Shown: piece by piece, positions 52,674 to 64,000 of the stretch | How positions within the stretch are numbered: position 1 is the stretch's first letter | Layout: the number at the start of each line of letters is the position of its first letter | NCBI RefSeq assembly: GCF_006345805.1 | Contig: NC_043004.1 | Location: 20,956,001-21,020,000 of the forward strand | Length of the DNA stretch: 64,000 nucleotides | Reading direction: 5' to 3' | Source of the DNA: Octopus sinensis | Lineage: Eukaryota | Program-made: the position numbers and the translations under genes | Notes under the pieces: generated by a model | The model's database searches: none | Told to the model about the DNA's origin: nothing | What the model saw: only the letters and a program-made list of their open reading frames with translations

Positions 52674-54865
52674 ATTATTAAAATTAATTATACTAGACGT
52701 TAAGATGCTTACTCTATAACCATGTGGGCATGAGTTCAGTCCCACTCATTTATGTGAATGCAAGAATATGTATTCTTTTTTTATTCGTTTATTCTTTTAC
52801 ATGTTTCAGTCATTTTGGCTGCAGCCATGCTGGAGCACTGCCTTAAAGGGTTTTTAGTCAAAGAAATCAATCCCAGGACAAAATTCTTTGTTTGTCTATT
52901 AATTATCTTTCTCTGACTTTATTGCATTAAATACCGAAACAGATTTGTTACAGTAATTGCTGTGTTTAACCCCGATCAAACTTTAATCAAGAGATCTATG
53001 ATCAAAAATATTCCAGCCATGACCATTCCCTTCTTTAAGGATCTTTAAGATTATATTGTTTAATGTGCCTTTCCATTTTTAACTTTTTTACTGTAGAAAT
53101 CAGACTTATCCACTCAAATTTAGATTACATTTAACTGTGGAAAGCAGTTTTGTATATTAATCCACCTTTTGTTGAGGGATGTCGTGTCTGGAACAATTTC
53201 TTTTTTTGTTTTTTGTTTTTGAGATATGTCAAGTTTATTGAGGCAATGTGACTTGCAGAAAATACCATTTTTATTTTTTGGTAGATATTTCACATCTCAC
53301 TGGGATAACCATGAAATTTAATTTCCCGGTTAAAGGTTTAAGACAAATGAGTGTAATTTGAAGAAGATTTACTTGTTATTTTTAGTGGATTAAGTGACCA
53401 CATAGAAATTCACACATTGGCTGTGTTATTATATATACAATTTAAATAACAGACTGAGTGGAATATAAAATTTTTTAAAACCCCAAATCACGACCTTTCT
53501 AATAATGAACAAATACATATTTGTTGCAAAATCTAAGTTTTTGAATCATATAAGTTTATAACATTTTAATTTTAGAACTTTTTTTCTGAACAGGTTAATT
53601 TTTATCATCTTAAAACTATATTTCGCAAAAATATAATCTGATATTTGAAAATAACCAGCTTAAAGATTAAGATTATATTTCTAAGTTATTTATCTTCTAT
53701 TTCAGTCGTTACTATTTGTTTATTGAAAGTGAAAGTTGAGTTTAAAATAAGATAAAGCTTACTGAATTATCGTTAGTAACAGTAGTAGTAGTAGTAGTGG
53801 TAGTAAAGCTGTTTATGTTGTTGTTGTTGTTGTCAATCAGCAGAATTATTTAGAGCAGCAGACAAAATGCTTAGCAGTATTTCTTTTAGTTCTTTACGTT
53901 CTGAATTCATATCCTGGTGAGGTCAACGTTACCTTTCAGCCAAGCAGGGGTATGTGTATTTATGTGTTTGTATATCTGATTGTGTGAGTACGCATTATGT
54001 TTTTGTGTGTGGGTTAGGTTATGCTATTGACAGTTTAAGTTATCTATGGATGTTATTTCACAAATGAGGAACAATATCATTATTGGTTAGTAGTATTCAA
54101 TGGACTAATCACAGGTTCATTATATTTCTGATTTCTGACAGACTAAGGAGTGTCTATAACTCAGTGTAGAACAAAGATCACAAAAGACTTTACATGAAAG
54201 AACACCAGTTTTTCAGTTTTCCTATTGATATGTATATTCCTCACTGGTGTGCATTAGCATAAAGAGACAGCCATACCTGTGTGGGCTTCCACACAAATAC
54301 ACACATACATATTTATACAAAAATATACACACATACAGGCATGGATGTTTGGCAAGAAGCTTGCTTCCTAGCCACATGGTTCTGGGTTCAGTCTCACTGC
54401 ATAGCGCCTTGAACAAGTGTCTTCTACTGTAGCCTAAAGCTAACAAAAACCTTGTGTGTAGACTTGGTTGATGGAAACTGTCAAGACTGTTGTATATATA
54501 TGTATATATATCTATGTATTTATTTTTGTGTGTCTGTCCTTGTGTCTGCATTTGTCCCCCCACCATTGCTTGACAAACCATGTTGATGCGTTTACATCCT
54601 GTAACTTAAAGGTTTGACAAAAGAGACCAAGAGAATAAGTACTAGGCTCTAGCAAAGAATAAGTCCTGGGGTTAATTTCTTTGACTAAAATCCCTTTAAG
54701 ACAGTGCTCCAACATGGCTACAGCCAAAATGACTGAAACATGTAAAAAAATAGATGAATAAAAGAATACATATTCTTGCATTTGCATAAACGAATGGGAC
54801 TGAACTCAGTCCCACATAGTTGTAGAGTAAGCATCTTAATGTCTAGTATAATTAATTTTGATAAT
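52674..54865. repeat. About 205-bp inverted duplication (52674-52879 vs 54663-54865)
   Basis: Covers the SINE B tail plus about 100 bp of its flank. Confidence 0.88.
54338..54765 (+). mobile_element. SINE family B, full length
   Basis: Head, core and tail as in the other B copies. Confidence 0.85.
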
Positions 54866-55585
54866 CTGAATGCATGTTTGCAGAGAGTACTCAATCTTAA
54901 ATTAAAATGAATTAAAAATATACTTTCAATAATAGTGCCTCAGTCTAACCATGACTGCGATAGCTGAAGTCAACTATAGAACTAATTAAATCAAACAAAC
55001 TCTCAATTTTTATGTAAACAGTGTATGCTATATCATCTATGTACACAACTCTTCATTGCAATCAATAACTAAATAATAAAACCTGCCTAATCCAATGGTT
55101 AGAGATTTTGTAAATAATGTATTTATTGTTCAATGAAGGAATGTTATAACATATTCAAGGTTATTGAAATTATTTAAGTTATCAAAGAAATATTAAAGAA
55201 TATTTTTTATTCAATTTTTGTGCGTTCATTTATTCTTTTGAAATTGAAAACATCTACTAATTCTGAACTAATTTTATAATTCTTTAATAAAATTTAAAAT
55301 ACATTTATTATAAAAATATTGCTTTGATTAAAATATTCACTGTTTATTAGACTAATACTTCATATTTCAACAAATGTAAATCTATGGGAAACTGAAGTAC
55401 ATAGAGTACAGTCAGCCATAACTTGTGAGTGAACATAGCTTGATAATATGTACAAGTAGACAGAGATACTCCTTTGGTTCCCCTGCTTTTGAACAAATGA
55501 AACATCCAGAATGTCACAGCTGGAGGAAAAGAGAGCTACACTAGCAATCAGCTGGCTGCTCATTACAACTGAGTATACTGGGAGT

Positions 55586-55628
<43 letters not shown>

Positions 55629-56293
55629 TGTTTTAAATCTGGGTTTTGCCCTTGTTAACGGGCATGGCCAGATCTACTTGAACCCATGATCTTACGATCA
55701 GGAGTCGAACATCCTAAACACTAGGTCATTGAATAGAGAAAAGAAATGTGTGTAATGTGTCAGACATTCTAAGGTAGTCTTATGTTCTGAGCTGTGAATG
55801 GGAGCCTTATGTCAGAGATGTCAAAAAAAAGAGACAAAGAGGTTAGCAAAGGTTCACATATTGAAATAGTTCCAATAGGAAAATTTGTCAAAAGATCCCA
55901 GTAGTGAATGCTGCAAAAGCTATATATGTATGTCAACTAAAAAAAGAAACAAACCAAATTTCTTCACAGACCAAAAGCCAAAAGCAACCATTGAGGGTGT
56001 GAGACATGAAGGTGTAAGACATTTTAGCAAAGCTTATTTTAGTACTGCCTATTTGATATTGCTGATTCAATGTTTACTTATTTGATGTGAGACATTTTTA
56101 TGTTTCTCTGGTTTTAATGTTCCAGTAATCCGTTCCCCCACTTCCTCTTTCTCTTTGTGAGTATATTTTGTTTTTGAGAAGGAAAGTGTTTATGTAAATC
56201 ATGTTTGTTCAATAAACTATCATGTTTCTTCCTCCTTCACACTCATACACACACTCTCTCTCTCTCTCTCTCTCTATCTCCCCCTCTCTCTCT

Positions 56294-56333
<40 letters not shown>

Positions 56334-56572
56334 ACATACAGAGATAAATAAGGAAATGAAGGAAAGACAAAACTGTATAAAGGGTACAGCTACAAGCAGT
56401 ATAGTAAGCAAACCCATAAATACACACACAAAACACATAAAACACATAAACATGCATACACACACGCACGTACACACACAGATACAGATGCAAACACATG
56501 CACAGACAAGGTATCAACATCATAGCAAGACAATGGACTAAATAGAAAAGGAGGAGACATGTAGGCTGGAAG

Positions 56573-57610
56573 AGTTGCTGAAGAGGTCACAGGATGTGTG
56601 ATGAAAGATTTCCAGACAAAGGACACAAAATAAGAACAATAATAACAAGCAAAAAATGAATATATAGTGTGTGTGTGTGTTTATATGGCAAGAAAAACAT
56701 TACCGTTCCAAAATATAAGAATAGTAAAATGTATTTGTTTTGCAAGATGGTTGATGTGTGTTGAAACAGATATTGCTATACTAGGGGATGTTTCATATTT
56801 TGCCAATTAAACACATGCTCTACTTATCTGGTCTTCACTTCAGTTGTATTATTATTATTTTAGTAAGGCAGTGTGCTGGCAGGATTGTTAGCGTGCTGGG
56901 CAAAATGCTTAGCAGTATTTCGTCTGTCTTGATGTTCTGAGTTTAAATTTCGCCGAGGTTAACTTTGCCTTTCATCCTTTCAGGGTTGATAAATTAGGTA
57001 TCAGTTAGGTACTGCGGTCGATCTAATTGACTGGCCCCCTCCCCAAACATTTCGGGCCTTTTGCCTAGAGTAGAAAATATTATTTTAGTTTCTTTGTCAA
57101 AGTTCTTTTGTCATACATCCCGTGACCCTTTCAGCAACTCCCTATCTCACTTGTCTCCTCTTGTTCTGCTTAGTTCACTGACATCAAAGCTTTGACAAAT
57201 AAACTAAAATAATAATAATAATGATAATAATGCTGAAGCAAAGACCAAACATATAGTGTGTGTGTCTAGTTGTTGTTGTTTGTTCCTTCTCCGAGCCATG
57301 CTTGGCTCATAAGGGCTGGTTTCCCGGTTTCTTGGTGTATTGGTTCCTCACCTGGATGGGACGCCGGTCTGTCGCAGGTGAGCTGCAAGATGCAGGAGGA
57401 AAGAGTGAGAGAAAGTTGTGGGGAAAAAGTCAGCAGAAGTTTTGCCATTACATTCTGCTGGAGCCACGTGGAGCTTAGGTGTTTCACTCATAAACACACA
57501 CATCGCCTGGTTTGAGATTTGAACCCACGATCCCTCGACCGTGAGTCCGCTGCTCTAACCACTAGGCCATGTGCCTAGTTGGTAAAATATGACCATCCCC
57601 AAGCATAATA
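56573..57610. mobile_element. Cluster of three alternating-orientation PLE-terminus/HHR repeats with two nested SINEs (A at 56867-57077 +, D at 57273-57574 -)
   Basis: CTGAAGA-g-gtcaca-ggatg-tgtgat-GAAA-gatt-TC at 56578-56612; decayed minus copy at about 57095-57140; SINE D has TSD ctagttg. Confidence 0.7.
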
Positions 57611-58358
57611 AAATAACAAGAGAGTTTTATTCAATCTGTAAGGTTATATTTTAATCTTTTGTTGGGAGTTTCTCCTAAGTTATTCCAGTGTATTTATGCA
57701 GATGTTCATCCCATTAAAATTGGGCCCTAAAAGCATATCCTTTATGTCTACGCCCTGTACCATATCTGACCCTGCCAAGCCTTACCCCTACAACTCATCT
57801 TCCTAATACCCACCCCTCCAACACTCTTCTGACTACACCACTATTCACTTTATGAGAGCAGAACTGCACATATTTCAGCCCTGTTCATGTGACCAGTTAT
57901 CACTTTCCCTGGAACTGCCTTTCTCACCTGCATTCTCAATATCATTCCTTACCACTTAATTTTTCACTGAACATCCCTTTCACCTCTACTTTTTTCCCTG
58001 TACACCCTCATATTATTCCAATTATAGCTTCTCATCCCCCACTACCTTTGTCCCTCAAACACTGCTTCCACTCCTATGTACCTTCAACATACCCGCTAGC
58101 ACTGTATCTCTCTTGAACCTTCCACTTCATCTGTACTGCCATATATTACCTCACTGAACAATCTTTCTTACTTTCTCCATTTCCTCCAACCTCACTAAAA
58201 ACACAATATTCACCAGTGACTCCTCCACTATCTGTGATCGTTCACTTTTCAGTCATCTCCCATTGATGTTATACTATGCAGCGTTTCTCCAACAGCCATA
58301 TTTATCTTGCCAATGCTGTGTTTTTATGCCCTTAAAAACTCCCTCCCTTACCTATCTC

Positions 58359-58396
<38 letters not shown>

Positions 58397-59227
58397 CACT
58401 CCTTACTCTCTCTTCAGTGTAAATTTTCATTCACAATAAAATGGGATGGATATTTGCCTCTTGAATACTAATGTGTAACACTATTGGTAAAAGAAAACAA
58501 TTTAAGGAATCATAACTTAGATGGGCTTAGGAGCCATCCTATTCTTTTTACTATAATTTTTTCATCCCTGAGTTTCATTCTATGTTTTCCCTTTTACAAC
58601 ATGTCAGAGATGCAAAACTAAGATGTGGTGATTACAGGCCTTCCCTAATAAAGAAACTAAGCTATACTCTTCCATTCAGTCATATCTGATGATTCTATGC
58701 TTGGAAGATTTTTCAACATAAAACTCATCATGAGCTGGCTGTTATATATTCTTTTTTATTCTTTTACTTGTTTTAGTCATTTGACTGTGGCCATGCTGAA
58801 ACACTACCTTGGAGGATTTTAGTCAATCAAATTGACCCCAGGATTTTTAGGGATTCATTACTTATTTTCAAAACCTGGTACCATTTCTATTGGTTACATT
58901 TCTTAAAGTTTAAGTTACAGAGACATAAACTAGCCAACTTCAGTAGTCAAGTGGTGATGGGGGACAAACACACACACATACACACACCCACACACACTTG
59001 TATAGATATTCTTTTGTTCCTTTACTTGTTTCAGTCATTTTGCCTGCAGTCATGCTGGAGCACCGCATTTAGTCAAACATTTTGACCCCAGGACTTATTC
59101 TTTGTAAGCCTAGTATTTAATTCTATCAGTCTCTTTTATCACCAAACCATGAAGTTACAGGGACGTAAACTCACCAACATTGGTTGTCAAGCGATGGTGA
59201 TGGGACAAATACAGACACACAAATATA

Positions 59228-59258
<31 letters not shown>

Positions 59259-59875
59259 TACATATATGGGAAATTCTGTCTGGGGGTGTATTTGTTTGCG
59301 GAGTTCTTAGCTAACTCCTCCTACATCATTTTATTGATTTGGTGAAACTTGAGTAGAATTCATGTCTGGAAACCTCATGGCATACTCAGATTGTTGAAAA
59401 AAAATCGATAATAGGGCTCCTGGAAGGGATCCTTATATATAACTAATATATTTTATATTAACAACTAAAAGAAATAATTATTTTAACAAGTAAAGGAAAT
59501 AATTATTTACTTGTTTAAGGGTTGTACAGCATAAATTGTGAAAATAACTCTAACAGTTCAAAAACTAAGAAATAAGCATACTCAATTTGATTTATACCAA
59601 ATGATTTAGGAAAATGAATGGGTTATTTCCCTTGTCTATTAAAATCTGGGCGAATAGGTTATTTCCCTTGACTGTTAAAATGAAATATATTAGATATATA
59701 AGGATCCTTTCCAGGGGCCCTACTGCTGAATTTTTTCAACAATCTGAGTCTGCCATGAGGTTTCCAGACACGAGTTCTACTCATGTGTCAAGTTTCATCA
59801 GAATTGATAAAACAATGTAGGAGTTAGCTAACAACCCCACAAACACACACACACACAGAATTTTCCACATATGTA
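59259..59875. mobile_element. Foldback element with about 220-bp inverted arms, inserted in the TA tract of a minus-strand SINE B (59010-60040)
   Basis: 59259-59482 matches the reverse complement of 59652-59875. Confidence 0.85.
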
Positions 59876-62206
59876 GTATGTATATATATATATATATATA
59901 TTTGATAGGCTTCTTTCAGTTTCCATTAACCAAATCCACCCACAAGGCCTTGGTCAGCCTGGGTTTATAAAAGAAGACACTTGCCCAAGATACCACACAG
60001 TGGGACTGAACCCGGAACCATGTGGTTGGGAAGCAAGCTTCAGTTTCTCTCTCTCAAATCTATTCATAAGGCATTGGTTGACCCAGGTCTATAGTTGGGG
60101 CACCGAACCTAGAACCATGTACTTGTAAAGCAAACTTTCTACCACATAGCCACACATGCACCTATATATAAATGCTAATATATTGAGAACAAACAGTCCT
60201 TTCAGTTGACTGCTATTATACAGTGTGACCATAAACAATTTGTAAATTCAATTAAAAATCAATTTTGTTATTAATCAAACTGGTGTTTAACTAAGAATTA
60301 TTTGCTTTGGTTACCAAGTGACTTCTATAGGTGATGACAATAAAAAATAATTGTAGCGTACTATCCATTAATGCTTTAAAGGAGATTATAAAATTATATT
60401 GTTTTTATATTTCTTTATATATATATTTATATTATTGTTATTTAACCTTAGGTAAGCCTGAGGTTAAACAATTAATTGATTGAGAAAATTTAAAATCAAA
60501 ACAATCCAGTCGTGACCACTCACTCTTATTCACATTTGATTTGTTTTTGTTTTCATCCATCTGATATATCTACTAGTTTTATTCTAAAACAGGTAAGGTG
60601 TTATTTGAGGAAGCTCATCATCACCATCATCATCATCATCACTGGAACTCTCCTTCTCCTCCTCATCACCACCACTACCATCATCATTGTCATAATCATC
60701 ATCGTCATCAGGGTGTTATTTATGGCTAGGTACCCTTTTTATTGCTAACACTTTCAACTGCATCCTATGACATACTGTGATACAACGTTCCAATTCTAAA
60801 ACTGAGATACTCATGATAAGAGGTGGTTACTACTCTTTGCCAGGTTATAGTTCTACATATACACAGCTGTGAGTATATTCATGTGTATATAATATGTTGA
60901 GAACCATAGGGTTGGAAAAGCTAACTGCATTGTGTCACAAATAATATTGGGAAAAATAGTAAAGGTAATTAAAAATAATAAAAGACAAAATGAGGGAACA
61001 ACAGAAAAGGTAGATATAATATGAAATGAACAGAGAAATAAATGGTGCAGCATTACACAATAAGTTTTAAGATGGAAAAATACAAAAGGAAATGAATAAT
61101 GATAAGAAGAATTTGTTTTTCGACTTTGATAGTTAATTGGATAGTATTTGGAGAGAAAAGGACAACTAATGAAATGATCAGACTTATGCAAGTCCAGCTG
61201 AGCTACGTTCTGTTTTTCTCATAACTTTTCTTGTCCATCTCCACAATTTTTTCTTTTCATGGAATATCATTTGTAGCAAAATACAGTTATCATTCTCAAC
61301 TTTACCATTCTCAACAGTGGGGATTTTTAATCAGTGACCATGAATATGCTTTTCTTCTCTTTGTTCATCTTTCCTTCTATTTACATACTTCTTTCTTGCT
61401 AATTGTCCCTTCCATTCTCTCTCACTTGTATTCGATTCTCTCAACTAAATTACAGCCTTCTCCATACCCCACTCCTCCTATCTATCTCTTGCTGTCTCAC
61501 CTACCACCAAGCTTTATCTCATTCCTAAACAGTCATTGTTCCTAATGTCACTCACTACTACTTTCTCTCCTCTGAATTAGTTCACATTTTTTTCTCAGCT
61601 CTCCTAGCAACAAGATCTAGCTTTCTTTTGTCTCTCTCATTTTGTTATTTAAGGCCATAAGGTGCTTTATTTTCTTTCATGCTTTACCTATTTACCATCT
61701 AAATCAAATGATAGATTTGTTTTTATATTTGCTTCATATTTTTACCTTCACAAAACTTATTGGAAAATGTGATCACTCATTTCTCTGTTTTGTGCTGTGC
61801 CTACTACCATTTTTTGCCCTTCCCACACTTGTCTTATTATTGTTTTTAGTTGTTAAACTGTCTGTATGCTGTTTACTTCATTCTGTATTTTTCCATTTGG
61901 TGGGTGGGGGTTGTGTGTGTATGCACTGATATGTACCTTTGCAACTTTAATAAGTTGTAAGCACTGTTGGAAGGAACAATATCATCTTAGGGCCAAAACT
62001 GCTACAATTCCAATTATCAACTAATGAAAGGATCAGATTTGTGCATGTTCATTTGTGCTCATTCAATTTTTCCTGTAAATCTCCCTGTCTGTCTGTTTAT
62101 CATTTTTCCATTATGTATTGCTATGAGTTTACATATGTACATAGATACATATCTGTGTGTGTGTGTGTGTGTAGCTGTAGTGAATATAGATATGTGTGTG
62201 TGTGTA

Positions 62207-62249
<43 letters not shown>

Positions 62250-62371
62250 CAATAATATTATTGTTGAATATATTATATAGTCTGTGACTATTTCTATTTT
62301 CTCACTTGACCGCTGGTTGCAGAAAATTTTTCTTGAATTTTTCTTGAATTTTTTTGCTACCCTTATATTGA

Positions 62372-62408
<37 letters not shown>

Positions 62409-63377
62409 TGTTCTTAATCCTGCAGGGTTTCTAGCAACCCTCCACACCAGTATAACCTGGTGTGTATGCCAGTTTAATTGCCGGCAATCCAACCATGCAA
62501 CAGGTTGTATTGGATTCCATGATACCAGTAGCACTTATGAGTGCCTCGTAAATGACCTGACATAAGTGACCTAACCTGTTGAAAGATCCGATGAACTTAG
62601 TGCAGGCTCAACAGCTATGTAGCAATATCATGGGTATGCAGAAATTCCAGGATGGTGTCAGGCGTGCTGAAAGACTGCTGGAAGTGAGGCACCCCTCAGC
62701 TTCTGCTAAAGCAGGTCTCTAGGAGGATATGCAAGAAATGGCATCGGACATTTTGGGGATCTTTGGTTTGTGCTAGAGATCATGGGGCTCCCACATCCCT
62801 GATCCTGCAACTCATATTGACACCATATATCTTGCTCCAGCTTGTCTCTGGATAATGTCAATAAGGTATTGTCTATGAGGTGTCGAGCAAGCCTTATTGG
62901 ACATAAACCTCTGCACAGGCATTGCTCACCTCTGTTTGATATGCGCTTTTTTATCCCCTATATATATTTATTTATTTTTAGTATATATGTATTTTTATTT
63001 TTAGTATACACTTATATATTCTTAGTATATTCTTATCTTTTATTTGGAACTCCTGTGGTAATGGGAATGAGGTAAAGCCTGCAGAACTGACATGTTGGAA
63101 GCATGTAGTCAGCGACCTGCACATAGATGGCCCATGTAAGATATAAAGCCGTCTCCTTGTTGCCCAAGATAGCAGTAGGATTCGGTTGCTGTATGGGTGT
63201 CTTAACAGCTCCATTTGGAGCAAGAACTGCTCACCCAGTGGCCAGGGAGGTTCTAGAAAAGGTGAACCAAAAATTGTCTGCCTTTCTATATCTGGTCAGT
63301 TTAGTGCGACTGAAGGATGTCCACCTTGGGCTCAAAAAACAAAGAGACTTTTATTTACAAAATCTGGATGGAACTTG

Positions 63378-63553
63378 AACATTTCATTATTTACACTATT
63401 TACATTATTTATATTTGACGGATATTTGTCCTCATCTTGTTTGTTGTTAACACAACGTTTCAGCTGATATACCTTCCAGCTTTCATCAGGTGTCTTGGGG
63501 AAATTTCGAACCTGGGTTCTCACTCCTAAGGAATTTTTTGATGTTATTATTAC
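63378..63553 (-). mobile_element. Hammerhead-bearing tail, same family as 17290-17440
   Basis: Minus strand ACAC-CTGATGA-a-AGCTG-gaaggtatat-CAGCT-GAAA-CG-TT-GTGT (63493-63450); canonical core intact. Confidence 0.85.
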
Positions 63554-63990
63554 TCGGGAAACAGAGAGGAAGTTGTCCCAGATTTTGATCAAGAACAAAG
63601 ATCACTTTACACCAATGAAGTAAAGTTAACTGCCTCAACACTACAGTAAACTACCACACATGTATGGTCTCCCTAAGATGCTATTCCATTAAGACCTATA
63701 GGGAGCTGTAGAGGTTCAGCATGTCATCTACTGAGCCGCTTCCTTGTGGATATAATCAGTCCATTAGCAGGAAATCAACATCGAACATGAAGAATTCCGC
63801 CAACTTCACAGGATTGATCAATGATACCCCATTGAATCCAACCAGATGGTGAGTCTAGATGTGATAAGTTTGTTCACCAAAGTTCCAACTGGTGAAGCAC
63901 TATCGGTGATACAAGAAAAACTAGTGACAGACACCCATCTAAAAGAATGCACTAGCATACCAATAAGAAACTTGATGGAAATGTTGTCAC
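63554..63990 (+). mobile_element. Penelope/Poseidon-type reverse transcriptase fragment (frameshifted)
   Basis: LPHMYGLPK...IPLRPI.S.RGSA.H.LSRFL..II.PL.G...KNS..F...MVSLDVISLFTKVP..EAL..I...L..D..L...T.I. Confidence 0.88.
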
Positions 63991-64000
63991 ATATTATATT

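Overview
AT-rich, microsatellite-dense animal genomic DNA. The SINE repertoire and (TA)n/(CA)n/(CAT)n load suggest an octopus or other coleoid cephalopod (inference from memory, not a database result). I could not recognise any host protein-coding exon, and nearly all ORF-track entries are translations of simple repeats or SINEs. The window is intronic or intergenic and made of transposon remnants: Penelope-like elements (PLEs, including a near-identical tandem pair of GIY-YIG 3' ends in (TA)n), RTE LINEs, a HERO-type restriction-like-endonuclease LINE end, mariner/Tc1 relics, a hAT MITE, a non-autonomous Helitron, a possible solo LTR, foldback elements and about five SINE families. The most striking unexplained structure is at least 7 different short repeat families carrying minimal type-I hammerhead-ribozyme (HHR) motifs. 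Several have variant cores and sit in inverted-repeat arrangements. One element fuses a tRNA-derived Pol III head to an HHR tail (17059-17440), a candidate Penelope-mobilised ribozyme SINE. Boundaries of degenerate elements are approximate and read by eye.
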